A stretch of DNA of 64,000 bases from Candidatus Atelocyanobacterium thalassae (GCA_051971635.1 JBFPLN010000005.1:64001-128000); one strand, 5' to 3'. Numbered from the stretch's first letter, positions 33,228 through 45,896 are shown. Numbers and translations: made by a program. Notes: generated from the letters alone by a model not told the origin.

Positions 33228-33788
33228 TTAAAACATGTTTTCTGTTGTTAAACAAATGGACATTGCTTTAATATGATCAATATCTCTTACTTCTTTTATC
33301 GTAGCAATTACACACTCAGCATAAAGTCCTGGATTTAAGCTAGAACGACAAGAATCTAATAAAGTTAATGAATTTATTTTATTTGTATCCAAATTAGAAT
33401 TAATATCTATTTGATTAGGAAATATTTTATAAATACTAGCGACACAATTACCCAGATCTATCGGTCTTCTTACTTGAAAACACGCTCTTAAAGAATCATT
33501 ACCATTAATTTGAATTATATTTCCTATAATACTCACACATTGAGATAGTTCTTTAGGAATAAGTGCATCAGAGCAAGCAGTTGCTGCATCTTCTCCTAAT
33601 ATTGAAAATTTTTGCAATTGATTAATACAAACACTATATTGATTCCAAGAATTTTGTGCATTTCCATAAGCACTAAAAGGAACAATATAAAGGTTAATTA
33701 TGAATGATCCAATGCAAGCTTTTAATAAGTTGAATTTATGTTTCAGTAAAATCATTAAGCAAGAATGAAAATTGTTGATGTCTAACAA
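33228..33788 (-). CDS. Cys-rich repeat hypothetical protein, probably exported
   Basis: Hydrophobic leader; repeated AC-x4-P-x(2)-(L/Y)-x2-CV units. Confidence 0.7.
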   Translation of the reverse strand: MLDINNFHSCLMILLKHKFNLLKACIGSFIINLYIVPFSAYGNAQNSWNQYSVCINQLQKFSILGEDAATACSDALIPKELSQCVSIIGNIIQINGNDSLRACFQVRRPIDLGNCVASIYKIFPNQIDINSNLDTNKINSLTLLDSCRSSLNPGLYAECVIATIKEVRDIDHIKAMSICLTTENMF

Positions 33789-33985
33789 ATCTTAATCACT
33801 AAAAAAGTGTAAATAAAGTTAATAGTTAATAAATTTATTTGCAAATGCTTTTTCTTAAGACTAGGTAGTGTCTTATAAAATTTCTTTTATTAACTGAATA
33901 ACTTTCAATTCAATAAATAATATGGTTATAAAAGTAAAAATAATTACTATCACCTAATTAAATAGGAGATTAATTTTAATAAATT

Positions 33986-34786
33986 TTATAATAGTGGGTC
34001 AAACCGGAAAAAAACGGCAACTTTTAGCATGTTATCTCTGACGTTAAGATTTATAATTCTTGTTACCAGACCTTGCTTTTCCAGAGTTTTTAAGTTCAGT
34101 TTTTCATTGATTCCGATTGTCAAAAAGTTTAAAAAACGTTTTGATAATTTTCTTTTGTTAAGGGTAGCACTTAAATTTGTTAACTTTATTAAGTATCCTT
34201 TTTCTACCTCGAAACCAACTTCTGTTGTAATTATTAGTTCATTTTTTGTTTTTTTAGAGTTTGAATCTTCTTCTAATTCAACCTCTAAGCCTATATAGTT
34301 TTTCCTAATAAAGTTTGCACGTAATGCAACTATTCTAAACCGAGGAGCTTGACGAGGTAATAAATCATTTATTAATTCTTGTAATTTAGACTTAATGTTC
34401 TGTGATTCTAACGCTTGATTAAAATCTCTTTCTTTTACTGTTATTTTGAAGGCACCTTGAAGCGGTTTCTTGAACAGTGATCGTAAGTCTTCAATTTTTT
34501 CAATCTGCTGAATCTGATCAATATTAATATCAATTGGATCAGTCTCTAGTTCAAAAGAATCTATTTTAAGATTTCTAATAACTTCAATTTTACGGCTTGC
34601 GATAGAAATATGATCAAATTTTCCGTTCACTACTTTGTAGCTTGGAGTATTATCAATACGAACTAGCAATTCTTCTACATTTACTACTTGAGAACGCAAT
34701 TCATTTTCAATAACATTATCAACGATAATTCCAATAGGAGAAACAGCTGTTATTAAACTGGATAAAAAAATAGTGAACCATTCCAT
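33986..34786 (-). CDS. DUF2993 (LmeA-like) family protein
   Basis: MEWFTIFLSSL N-terminus, VRIDNTPSY, LETDPI. Confidence 0.7.
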   Translation of the reverse strand: MEWFTIFLSSLITAVSPIGIIVDNVIENELRSQVVNVEELLVRIDNTPSYKVVNGKFDHISIASRKIEVIRNLKIDSFELETDPIDINIDQIQQIEKIEDLRSLFKKPLQGAFKITVKERDFNQALESQNIKSKLQELINDLLPRQAPRFRIVALRANFIRKNYIGLEVELEEDSNSKKTKNELIITTEVGFEVEKGYLIKLTNLSATLNKRKLSKRFLNFLTIGINEKLNLKTLEKQGLVTRIINLNVRDNMLKVAVFFRFDPLL

Positions 34787-34841
34787 AAAGCAATTATTTT
34801 ATTAGATATATTTAAAGAAGAAGAAAATAATTAGGAATTGA

Positions 34842-35156
34842 TTAATCGTTTAAAATCCATTCAGAATCTTTATCCCTGAAACTTAAAGGAATACTAACAG
34901 CTTTTCCTAAACGAGGTCTTTCTTTGGTAGTTTGTACATATGAAATAATTTCTTGTTCACTTCCCCAAGCAGTTATATAGTTAGCAACAGCATCAAAATG
35001 CTTAAAATATTCCTGTTCAGTCATCGGGAAAGATGCTTGTTCAAGATACTTCCACATTATTTGACAAAAAATTTGTTCTTTGACTTTTTTTAACTGAATA
35101 TCATAAGATTTATTCCATTTACTATAAAGTAACTCATACAATTCTTTCCCAGTCAT
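34842..35156 (-). CDS. DUF3067 family protein
   Basis: KWNKSYDIQL, QIMWKYLEQASFP, RPRLGKAVSIPL. Confidence 0.88.
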   Translation of the reverse strand: MTGKELYELLYSKWNKSYDIQLKKVKEQIFCQIMWKYLEQASFPMTEQEYFKHFDAVANYITAWGSEQEIISYVQTTKERPRLGKAVSIPLSFRDKDSEWILND

Positions 35157-35360
35157 GTTTTTTGCAACTCCTAGTTAAAGACTTTCATAATAGGTTATAA
35201 CAAAAGTTCGAAGAATGTGGGCAATATATATCCTAAATAGAATAATTTAATTAACTAAATTATATATAAAATCACATTATTAATTATATATATTAAAAAA
35301 TAACTAATTCTTTGATTCTTATTCTTTATGAACACTTTATATAAGTTTTGTTGACAAAAC

Positions 35361-36719
35361 TTATATAAAGTATTCATAAACTTGCTCAAATAATAGTTTT
35401 AGTTGAACAGAATTAGAAGCTTTAAAGAGTATACGATCTCCTTTCCTAATATCATTAATCAATTGTTTTACTAATCTTTTTTGATCCAGAAAACAGTTTA
35501 CTTTAATGTTATCAACACCATCGGCAATAGCCTTAGCTTCATGATCGCTAATTAATATATAGAGTATGTCAATCTCTAATTTTTGTGCTGCTTCTCCTAC
35601 TTCACGATGAAATTGAGGAGAATTTTTACCTAGTTCTTTCATCGCACCTAAAACAGCAATATGTCTTTTACCTGGGATATCTTTAAGCATTTGTAAAGAT
35701 GCTTTCATTGATTCTAGGTTTGCATTATATGTTTCATCTAGTAGGATAATATTTCCTGGTAAATGATATTTTTGTGATCGACCTTGGGGGATCTCGACTT
35801 TAAACTGTTTTGCAAGTATTTTTAAATCTAAATTTAAACTTTTAGTTACTGCCAAAGCCGCTAAATAATTAATAGCATTATGGCGGCCAGATAAAGGTAG
35901 AGGAAAATTGATACCTTCAACTTTTAAAGTTGTATCATTTATTAGTTTTCCAGTAACATTTCCTTTCTTTAAACCGTAAGTAATTGTTTTACCCTTCCAT
36001 ATCTGGGATGCTGTTCTCATGAGTAATTCATCATCATGATTAAGAATAGCTATACTATTAGCTGGCATTTCAGACAATAACTCACACTTTGCTTGAGCAA
36101 TAGCTTCTTTAGAGCCTAATCTTCCAATATGAGCTGTTCCAATATTAGTAATAATGCCAATATTAGGCTGAATAATTTTTGTCAATAAACGAATTTCTCC
36201 CGAGCCTCTCATACCCATCTCGATTACAGCAAAGTTATGATGTTGAGATATTTGCAGAAGAGTGCGCGGTACGCCAATTTCATTATTATTATTAGCATAA
36301 GTTTTATGAACTTTTCCGTACATTGCTAAAGATGCTGCTATCAATTCTTTTGTAGTAGTTTTCCCAACTGATCCAGTGATAGCAATAATAGGAATTTTGT
36401 ATTTATTCCTCCACCAATTCGCTATTTGCTGATAAGCTTTTAACGTACTGTTGACTACTATCTGGGAAATTTTATATACAGTATTTACTACAGCTTTTTT
36501 CTCAAGGATAAGAACACTTGCTCCTTTATCTATTGCTTGTCTAACAAATAAATGTCCATCAAAATTTTCTCCACATAATGCTAAAAATGCATCACCTCTC
36601 TTAATTTCACGAGTATCTGTACTAATAGAATTAATGTTGTTGAATAGTGATAAATTTAAACATGATTTTTGCTGCTGATAATTATCTTCTAAAATAGTAA
36701 CAAGCTCATTAACATCCAT
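35361..36719 (-). CDS. murF: UDP-MurNAc-tripeptide--D-Ala-D-Ala ligase
   Basis: STDTR, GENFDGH, ITGSVGKTTTKE, NNEIGVP, DETYNAN, KASNS. Confidence 0.97.
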   Translation of the reverse strand: MDVNELVTILEDNYQQQKSCLNLSLFNNINSISTDTREIKRGDAFLALCGENFDGHLFVRQAIDKGASVLILEKKAVVNTVYKISQIVVNSTLKAYQQIANWWRNKYKIPIIAITGSVGKTTTKELIAASLAMYGKVHKTYANNNNEIGVPRTLLQISQHHNFAVIEMGMRGSGEIRLLTKIIQPNIGIITNIGTAHIGRLGSKEAIAQAKCELLSEMPANSIAILNHDDELLMRTASQIWKGKTITYGLKKGNVTGKLINDTTLKVEGINFPLPLSGRHNAINYLAALAVTKSLNLDLKILAKQFKVEIPQGRSQKYHLPGNIILLDETYNANLESMKASLQMLKDIPGKRHIAVLGAMKELGKNSPQFHREVGEAAQKLEIDILYILISDHEAKAIADGVDNIKVNCFLDQKRLVKQLINDIRKGDRILFKASNSVQLKLLFEQVYEYFI

Positions 36720-36981
36720 CTAATTACCCTAATAATTAAATTATAGTTTTTAAAAAATTATTGATAGTATTATTAAAAGATATTTTGAAAATATCTTCAT
36801 TGTCTAAAAAATTAAATAAAATTTAATAGTAATCATATCTCTTGATTTACAAGATATCAATATTTAAAACATAATATAAAAACATTGAAAATAATCAAAT
36901 TAGCTTTGATACAAATATAGAAACTTAAAAAGTTAGTGATAGTCTAAGTACTTAAATCTTAAAAACTTCAAAAAAATAATC

Positions 36982-38496
36982 ATGGTAAAACTGTACGAAC
37001 TATTAAAAAAAGTTCCTAGTATTATCCAAATACCAATACATAAATCTCTAGATGAAGAAGTTCGCGGAATTTCTACCAATTCTCATTCTTGTCAACAGAA
37101 AGAAATTTTCATTGGTATGCCAGGGACTCGTGTAGATGGAGGAGAATTTTGGCAAAGTGCCATCAAAGCTGGAGCCGTTGCAGTTGTAATAAGTCCTCAA
37201 GCAGCTATTAAATTTCCTCCAAACGATCTTTATTGTGTAATTATTGTTGAAGATGTAATACTTACAGCTTCCGAAATTGCTGAAGCTTTTTATTCTTATC
37301 CTTCTAAAAAGCTAAAAATGGTTGGAATAACAGGTACAAATGGGAAAACTACTACTACACATTTAATTGAATATTTTTTGACTGAATGTAAAAAAAATAC
37401 TGCTCTTATAGGAACTTTATACTCTCGCTGGAATGGCTTTAAGCAGACTTCGATTCATACAACCCCTTTTTCTCCTGAATTACAAGAACAATTATCTCAG
37501 GCAGTAGTTGATAAAAATGAATATTGTGTGATTGAAGTAAGTTCTCATGCCTTAATTCAAGGAAGAGTAAAAGGATGTAGCTTTGACGTAAGTGTATTTA
37601 CGAACTTAACACAAGATCATTTAGATTTTCATCAAAATTTAGAAAATTATTTCTTTGCAAAACAATTACTATTTAGTCCAGAATATTTGCAGGGGAAAGC
37701 AATCATAAATATAGACGATCCCTACGGGGAAAGGCTCATCCGAAGCTTAAATTCTCAGCAAGTATACAGCTATAGTATTGAAAACAATCTTGCTGATTTT
37801 TATACAACCAACCTTAACTATAAATATGATAGAGTTGAAGGAGTTTTACAAACACCTGTCGGAAGTTTTGAATTTCAATCTCCTTTAATAGGCAAATTCA
37901 ATTTGTCAAATTTATTAGCTGCGATTGCAACATTATTTCAACTAAATATTAATTTAGAGACAGCTATTAAAAAACTACCTTATTTTTCTGGTGTTCCTGG
38001 AAGAATGGAGAAGATACAAGTAAGTAACATACAAGATATTACTGTAATTGTTGATTATGCTCATACACCTGATAGTTTAGAAAATCTTTTAAAAGCTACT
38101 CGCCCTTTTATTAGTGGAAAAATAATATGTGTCTTTGGTTGTGGTGGTGATCGCGATAGGACAAAGCGTCCTATTATGGGTAAAATATGTGCAAACTTAG
38201 CTGATATTTCAGTTTTAACTTCTGATAATCCCAGGACTGAAGAACCTGAACAAATATTATCTGATATATTGAAAGGAGTCCCTCAATCTACAACCTTTTG
38301 GGTAATCAGTAATCGTAGTGAAGCTATTAAAAAAGCTATATTGGAGGCCAAGCCAGGAGATGGAATCTTGATTGCAGGTAAAGGACATGAAAATTATCAA
38401 ATTTTAGGTACAGAAAAGATTTATTTTGACGATAGAGAACAAGCAAAAGAATCATTGGAAAATAGATTTCAGTCACAATATACTTTATCTAACTAA
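36982..38496 (+). CDS. murE: UDP-MurNAc-dipeptide--meso-DAP ligase
   Basis: ITGTNGKTT, EVSSH, DYAHTPD, SDNPR, AGKGHE. Confidence 0.98.
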   Translation: MVKLYELLKKVPSIIQIPIHKSLDEEVRGISTNSHSCQQKEIFIGMPGTRVDGGEFWQSAIKAGAVAVVISPQAAIKFPPNDLYCVIIVEDVILTASEIAEAFYSYPSKKLKMVGITGTNGKTTTTHLIEYFLTECKKNTALIGTLYSRWNGFKQTSIHTTPFSPELQEQLSQAVVDKNEYCVIEVSSHALIQGRVKGCSFDVSVFTNLTQDHLDFHQNLENYFFAKQLLFSPEYLQGKAIINIDDPYGERLIRSLNSQQVYSYSIENNLADFYTTNLNYKYDRVEGVLQTPVGSFEFQSPLIGKFNLSNLLAAIATLFQLNINLETAIKKLPYFSGVPGRMEKIQVSNIQDITVIVDYAHTPDSLENLLKATRPFISGKIICVFGCGGDRDRTKRPIMGKICANLADISVLTSDNPRTEEPEQILSDILKGVPQSTTFWVISNRSEAIKKAILEAKPGDGILIAGKGHENYQILGTEKIYFDDREQAKESLENRFQSQYTLSN

Positions 38497-38555
38497 GAAT
38501 CTAACTAAGATCTTAGTATTAAAAAATAATTTGGTTTTTTGAAGCTAGTCAAAAT

Positions 38556-38590
38556 ATAGTAATCATAACTAAATAGAGTATGATTACTAT
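38556..38590. terminator. Hairpin between convergent murE and ferredoxin gene
   Basis: ATAGTAATCATA-11 nt-TATGATTACTAT. Confidence 0.55.
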
Positions 38591-38680
38591 GGCAAACTAA
38601 ATATTGCTTTTATAGTTAGTGCATCTTATTTATATTTTATGTTTTATAAATTTTAAATAATAAATAAGAAAATCATAATA

Positions 38681-38905
38681 TCATGACATTTCCTGGTATT
38701 CTGGTTTTTCTTCAGCTATGATAGCACCATCTACAGGACAAACTTGTAAACAGATTCCACAGTCGATACAAACTGAAAAGTCAATCCAATACCAAGAAGT
38801 TCCTTTAAGATTTTTACCTGGGCCTTCATGAATGCAAGCGACAGGACAGGCTTCTGCACAATCAGCAATTCCTTCACAAATTTTAGTGATAATAGTATGA
38901 GACAA
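38681..38905 (-). CDS. Bacterial-type dicluster ferredoxin
   Basis: CEGIADCAEACPVACI and CIDCGICLQVCP; TTG start after AGGAG. Confidence 0.92.
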   Translation of the reverse strand: MSHTIITKICEGIADCAEACPVACIHEGPGKNLKGTSWYWIDFSVCIDCGICLQVCPVDGAIIAEEKPEYQEMS

Positions 38906-39014
38906 GATAGCACTCCTTTTTAGATAACTTTAAACTACCTTATAACTATATATTGTTAGCTTTATTTAAATTACTTTTTATAAAATTTTGATTAGTAAAA
39001 TTAATTAATACAAA

Positions 39015-40160
39015 ATGTTAAAAAAAATTAGAGACTTATTATCTTCAGAGTTTCCGAGTGTTATTTTTGCTCTATTAGTAGTAGTTTCCGTTACTACATA
39101 CTTTTATTTTATTGAATTCGATCAAAATATTACAGGATTTTTTCGCATTGGCTCTGTTTTGCCTGTTTCACCTTATCTTCACGATACAAATTTACTTATT
39201 TATCAAGACGAAATTGGCTATGATGGCCAACAATTTCTAAACCTAGCTCTTGATCCATTTTTAAATCATTCAGAAACACTTAATTCACTTGATCATCCTG
39301 TATATCGTTATCGAAGAATTTTATATCCATTCATTAGTAATTTATTTGCATTGGGTAATAAGTCTTTAGTCCCTTACATAATGATTGGTATTAATATCGC
39401 TTCAATAACTCTAATAGTCTATGTTATCGGGTTACATTATAAGGAAAACGAACTTATATCTCCACATAAGTCTTTGTTAACATTATGTATTCCAAGTGTT
39501 TGGATAGTATTATCGCTAGGAACGTCTGACTTACTCAGTAGTCTATTTTTAGTGTCTTCTCTCTACTATTACTATAAAGATAATAATAGACTCACAGCCT
39601 TAATGATTTCATTAGGTTGTTTAACCAGAGAAACTTTGCTGGTCGTATGGATTTCTCTTTTTATATCAAGCTTTATTGAAAATAAACATAAACAAATAAA
39701 GTGTTTACTTTATGGAATAATTCCCCCTATCTTATGGACATTTTACATAACATTTTTAGACTTACCTGGGAAAACAAGAGTTGATGATAATTTTGGTATT
39801 CCTTTTGTAGGTATTTTTAATAAGTTCAGTAGTATCTTAATAAATGGAATGAGTGTAAGTAATTTATTTGAACTTTATATGTTTAGTGTATTACTTCTAA
39901 GCTTTGTCATTATTCCTCTATCTGTAAAAAATAATAATAACCATAATATATTGATACAAATTTGCAATATTTTTTATGGAACTATACTTATTTTTAGCAG
40001 TTTTACAGTACTTGGTTATTACTTAGATTATTCAAGAGTTTTTATGGATGTTTATTTTTTATTATTATTTAGCCTAAAATATATTGAGACTCATACAAGA
40101 AATTTTCTAATTTATTATATGAGTTTCGCAAGTTGTTTATTTTTAATATTTCATTCTTAA
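39015..40160 (+). CDS. Multi-TM GT-C-like membrane protein (AZOBR_p60025-like cell-surface glycopolymer family)
   Basis: GYDGQQF..LALDP, DHPVYRYRRILYP, LTRET; many TM segments. Confidence 0.65.
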   Translation: MLKKIRDLLSSEFPSVIFALLVVVSVTTYFYFIEFDQNITGFFRIGSVLPVSPYLHDTNLLIYQDEIGYDGQQFLNLALDPFLNHSETLNSLDHPVYRYRRILYPFISNLFALGNKSLVPYIMIGINIASITLIVYVIGLHYKENELISPHKSLLTLCIPSVWIVLSLGTSDLLSSLFLVSSLYYYYKDNNRLTALMISLGCLTRETLLVVWISLFISSFIENKHKQIKCLLYGIIPPILWTFYITFLDLPGKTRVDDNFGIPFVGIFNKFSSILINGMSVSNLFELYMFSVLLLSFVIIPLSVKNNNNHNILIQICNIFYGTILIFSSFTVLGYYLDYSRVFMDVYFLLLFSLKYIETHTRNFLIYYMSFASCLFLIFHS

Positions 40161-40530
40161 CTTAACGAATGACTATTAATATAATTTAAGATTGGAATCT
40201 TATTCTTATGAAACAAAATCCTAATCATTAAGGCAATATGTAATTTTTCGCGACTCTGTACATATATTGTGTAAACTTATTCATAATTTTTAATTCTTAA
40301 GTAAGAAACTTTATTTTTGAATATGTAACAGCTTATATAAAAAAAATTCAAACCTTAACAATTATTTTTCCAATGAATAGAATACTTATTAATTAATGTT
40401 TAGTCTGCATTGGAATTCTTCGCTCTTTGCCTCATAATTTGATTAACAAGACTTATGCATTTGCTTTTTCATAAAGCATAACATTAGACTCAAAATTTTA
40501 CTTCACTGATAATAATAGGAGATTTAATCA

Positions 40531-41400
40531 ATGACTTTAACACTTGCAGTTTATGGAAAAGGTGGTATCGGGAAATCGACAACAAGCTGTAACATCTCTA
40601 CAGCATTAGCTAAAAGAGGGAAAAAAGTATTACAGATAGGTTGTGACCCAAAGCATGATAGTACTTTTACTCTGACTGGATTTTTAATACCAACTATTAT
40701 TGATACTTTACAAGAAAAAGATTTTCATTATGAAGATATTTGGCCTGAGGATGTTATTTACAAAGGATATGCTGGAGTAGATTGTGTAGAAGCAGGAGGT
40801 CCCCCCGCTGGAGCAGGTTGTGGAGGATATGTTGTTGGCGAAACTGTAAAGCTACTCAAAGAATTAAATGCTTTTGATGAGTATGATGTTATCTTATTTG
40901 ATGTTTTAGGTGATGTTGTGTGCGGAGGATTCGCAGCACCATTAAATTATTCAGATTATTGTCTAATAGTTACAGATAACGGTTTTGATGCCTTGTTTGC
41001 GGCAAATCGTATTGCAGCATCTGTTAGAGAAAAAGCCAGAACTCATTCATTACGCTTAGCTGGATTAATAGGGAATCGTACTTCTCAGCGCGACTTGATT
41101 GACAAATATATAGAGTCAGTACCAATTCCTGTATTAGAAATACTTCCGCTTATTGAAGAAATTCGGGTATCCCGTGTTAAAGGACAAACTTTATTTGAAA
41201 TGGCTGATAAAGATCCTTCACTTGAATATGTTTGTGATTATTATTTAAATATTGCAGATCAGTTACTAGCAATGCCTGAAGGAGTTATACCTAATGATGC
41301 TCAAGATAGAGAACTATTTACGTTATTGTCCGACTTTTATCTTAATCCTGAGCAATCCTCAGGTACTCAAAATCAAGAATTAGATCTAATGATGGTTTAG
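40531..41400 (+). CDS. chlL: Dark-operative protochlorophyllide reductase Fe protein
   Basis: [40 protein letters not shown]. Confidence 0.98.
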   Translation: MTLTLAVYGKGGIGKSTTSCNISTALAKRGKKVLQIGCDPKHDSTFTLTGFLIPTIIDTLQEKDFHYEDIWPEDVIYKGYAGVDCVEAGGPPAGAGCGGYVVGETVKLLKELNAFDEYDVILFDVLGDVVCGGFAAPLNYSDYCLIVTDNGFDALFAANRIAASVREKARTHSLRLAGLIGNRTSQRDLIDKYIESVPIPVLEILPLIEEIRVSRVKGQTLFEMADKDPSLEYVCDYYLNIADQLLAMPEGVIPNDAQDRELFTLLSDFYLNPEQSSGTQNQELDLMMV

Positions 41401-41550
41401 ATTTATAGTGCACTTTATAAAATATTTTTTAAAGAAATTTAAAGTGCACATCTTAAATCTTGACAAAAATTTTACAGAGATATCTCATTAGATTATCTTT
41501 AAGTGCAAAAAAAAATATTTTATATAAAACTCAAAATAGGGGCAATCTAA

Positions 41551-42951
<1,401 letters not shown>

Positions 42952-43163
42952 GCTGGTTAAACAGTCTTAGTAGAAAATATTAGATTTTTGTGAACAAAAT
43001 TCTAATTAATACTCTAAAACTGTAGGGAAATGAGAAACATGATAGTTTTATATTTTTTATTTCTCTACAAAAAATATAAAATTTTATATTTAGCACAATA
43101 TACGTTTTATATATGCACTATTGAAAGTTTAGATATTTATATACCCAAGAGTTGTACTAAGCA

Positions 43164-43403
43164 TCACCATCCTGTGTCAGTGTATAGGCTAATATTTAAG
43201 AACTCATTTCCTGAAGGAATTGAACTAATACAAGCACAAATGCTATTACCTTCCTCTAACTCTATCTCGCACGCATGACAGTATCCCATTAAGCATCCAG
43301 TAGGAATGTTAATACCAGCACGTTTCGCCACTTCAAGGATTGGCTCTCCTGCTTCAGCTTCAATATTAATATTATTAGGTAAAAAACTGACTTGAACTTT
43401 CAT
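43164..43403 (-). CDS. Small 2Fe-2S ferredoxin-like protein
   Basis: IPTGCLMGYCHACE...CACI. Confidence 0.9.
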   Translation of the reverse strand: MKVQVSFLPNNINIEAEAGEPILEVAKRAGINIPTGCLMGYCHACEIELEEGNSICACISSIPSGNEFLNISLYTDTGW

Positions 43404-43421
43404 AAGGTGTTTTTTAAGTAG

Positions 43422-44906
43422 CTATTTCAATAATGGTGTTAAATCTACAAAATTTTCAACCAAATCTGCTATGTCATCAAGCGCTTTTTCTCTTTGTTTT
43501 AAATAGTTTTCAACGTTAGTTGAAAGGAGAGGTAATTTTTTCCTTCTTCTTAAACTATTTAACCACATTCTCCTCCATGTACCATTGTCAAAAATTCCAT
43601 GTAAGTAACATCCCCATATAGATAAACTTTTATTAACGATTCCTAGTGTGGGATCACTAAACATATGATACAGTTCCTTGTCCTTTGCAATATCTTGATC
43701 TTTTAAAAAATTTGTAACTCCTTGGTGTATTTCATAACCTGTAACATTAGAACCTGTATAAGGATAAGCTGAGATAGTTTCTCTCCTACATATTATTTTT
43801 TTAGAAGTTATCTTAGTTTCCATAGGTAATAAATTAAGACCTGAACATACTTCATTTTCTCCCTCTATTCTATAAGGATCAAAAATTGTTTCTCCTAACA
43901 TCTGAAATCCACCGCAAATTCCTAAAACAACTCCTCCATTCTTAAAATATTCTTTTATTTGTGTTGCCATATTACTCTTATGAAGAGCTATTAAGTCATG
44001 AATAGTAGTTTTTGATCCTGGAATAATTAAAACATCAGGATTCCCTATATTCTGATTTAAATCTAGATACTCCACTTTAATAGTTTTCTCATATGTTAAA
44101 GGTTCAAAATCTGTAAAATTGGCTATATGTGGTAATTTTATAATTGCAATATTAATATCTTTTGAACTTTTTTCCTGATTTCTATCTAATAGGTCTAAAG
44201 AGTCTTCAGCAGAAAATACAATATCCGTCCAAGGAATCACGCCTAAAACAGGGATTTTAGTATAGCTCTCTAACCATTTAATCCCTGAACTTAAAAGTGA
44301 TCGTTGTCCTCTAAATTTATTGATAATAATACCTTTAACCAGAGAACGTTCGGCTTTATCTAGTAACTGTAGTGTCCCTATGATATGAGCAAATGCTCCT
44401 CCTCTATCGATATCTACTATTAGTACAGTATGAGCATCTAAGTATTTAGCAACCCTCATATTTGTTAAATCTCTATATTTAAGATTAATCTCTGCTGGAC
44501 TTCCTGCACCTTCACATATACAAAAATCAAACTCTGTTTTTAAATTTTTTAAAGATGTCGTTATAGCTTTCCAGCCTACTTTAAAATAATTCTGATAGTA
44601 ATCTCCTGCTGATGTTGTTCCAACCATTTCACCATTAAGGATAACTTGTGATACCATATTTCCTTGTGGCTTTAACAAAATTGGATTAATGTCTACTCTA
44701 GGCTCAATTTTTGCGGCCCAAGCCTGTACTGCTTGAGCATAGCCAATCTCTTTTCTGTCTTTGGTAACATAAGCATTAAGTGCCATATTCTGTCCTTTAA
44801 ATGGTGTTACTTTCCATCCTTGACGAACTAAAATTCTACAAATGGCAGCGGTGAGAAAAGACTTTCCTGCATGAGATGTAGTCCCTACAATCATAATGGT
44901 CTTCAT
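43422..44906 (-). CDS. cobQ: Cobyric acid synthase
   Basis: GTTSHAGKS, PFKGQNM, EGAGSPAEINL, GICGGFQMLG, GYEIH, YLHG. Confidence 0.97.
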   Translation of the reverse strand: MKTIMIVGTTSHAGKSFLTAAICRILVRQGWKVTPFKGQNMALNAYVTKDRKEIGYAQAVQAWAAKIEPRVDINPILLKPQGNMVSQVILNGEMVGTTSAGDYYQNYFKVGWKAITTSLKNLKTEFDFCICEGAGSPAEINLKYRDLTNMRVAKYLDAHTVLIVDIDRGGAFAHIIGTLQLLDKAERSLVKGIIINKFRGQRSLLSSGIKWLESYTKIPVLGVIPWTDIVFSAEDSLDLLDRNQEKSSKDINIAIIKLPHIANFTDFEPLTYEKTIKVEYLDLNQNIGNPDVLIIPGSKTTIHDLIALHKSNMATQIKEYFKNGGVVLGICGGFQMLGETIFDPYRIEGENEVCSGLNLLPMETKITSKKIICRRETISAYPYTGSNVTGYEIHQGVTNFLKDQDIAKDKELYHMFSDPTLGIVNKSLSIWGCYLHGIFDNGTWRRMWLNSLRRRKKLPLLSTNVENYLKQREKALDDIADLVENFVDLTPLLK

Positions 44907-44954
44907 TAAAAACTTTTAGCTCCGTAACTTAAATTATTTTCTTTATATTAGATA

Positions 44955-45350
44955 TTAAATGAAGGAATTTAGATAGTATAAAAATTCGTCAGACATACGA
45001 TCCAGTAATGATAATCTGGGGATATCTAGTTTATTAATTTGCCATTTTTCTACTATTTTTTTCCCTAAAGGAGTTAAACGAAAACCATCGGTAATACCTT
45101 GTCCGTCAACTTCTCTTCTTAATATTCCTACTTTTATTAGCCATATTAATCTTTGGTCTATTTGTTGTTCAGATAAAAATTTGAGACCATATCTCTTTTT
45201 TGTTACCCATGTGTCAATAATCGTAGAAAAGGAAACACTTTGTTTTTTCATTGCAATAAACAATTCTAAAGGGAAAGGAGAACATAGTAATGCTCTTTCT
45301 GCTCGAAATGTTGAATTATTGGTGTCAAAATTACTAAAAAATAAGGCCAC
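44955..45350 (-). CDS. Npun_F0494-like conserved cyanobacterial protein (winged-helix-like)
   Basis: RAERALLCSPF, WLIKVGILRREVDGQGITDGFRLTPLG. Confidence 0.8.
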   Translation of the reverse strand: MALFFSNFDTNNSTFRAERALLCSPFPLELFIAMKKQSVSFSTIIDTWVTKKRYGLKFLSEQQIDQRLIWLIKVGILRREVDGQGITDGFRLTPLGKKIVEKWQINKLDIPRLSLLDRMSDEFLYYLNSFI

Positions 45351-45461
45351 AATTTTTATTACTATTAATTAAAAAGAGACTTTTTATTATGAAAGGTTTT
45401 CTATCTTCGTGTAAAGTTTTATATTTAGACTAATAACTTTATTACTTATGAATAAAATATT

Positions 45462-45896
45462 ATGACTTTAGCCATTAAAACTATTGCACCTAATTTTACC
45501 GCTCTTGATGAGGAAGGAAAAGAGATTAGCCTATCAGATTATAGAGGCAAAACTGTTGTCCTATATTTTTACCCAAAAGACGATACTCCTGGCTGTACAC
45601 AAGAAGCTCAAAGTTTCCAGAATAATTATGAAGAATATCAAAATAGAGATATAGTTATTTTTGGTGTTAGTATGGATAGTCAAGAATCTCATAAAGCCTT
45701 TAAGAAAAAATTTAATTTACCTTTTCAACTTTTAGTAGACGAGGAAGGACTTTTAACTACACTTTACGATGTTGCAGGAGGGAATTTCTCTAGACGTGTT
45801 ACATATATTATTAATGAAGAAGGTGTTATTTCTCACATTGACGAAAAGATAAGTACTAAAACTCATGCACAGGACGTTTTAAATAAAATAAGCTGA
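45462..45896 (+). CDS. bcp: Peroxiredoxin Q/BCP, 1-Cys type
   Basis: YFYPKDDTPGCTQEA; only one Cys in the protein. Confidence 0.93.
   Translation: MTLAIKTIAPNFTALDEEGKEISLSDYRGKTVVLYFYPKDDTPGCTQEAQSFQNNYEEYQNRDIVIFGVSMDSQESHKAFKKKFNLPFQLLVDEEGLLTTLYDVAGGNFSRRVTYIINEEGVISHIDEKISTKTHAQDVLNKIS

Noticed and set aside
40531..41400. NifH-like ORF as nitrogenase
   Set aside because: Motifs ([21 protein letters not shown]) and the adjacent chlN identify it as ChlL
43030..43278. 82-aa plus-strand ORF
   Set aside because: Low-complexity AT-rich start, overlaps the real 2Fe-2S gene antisense, no motif
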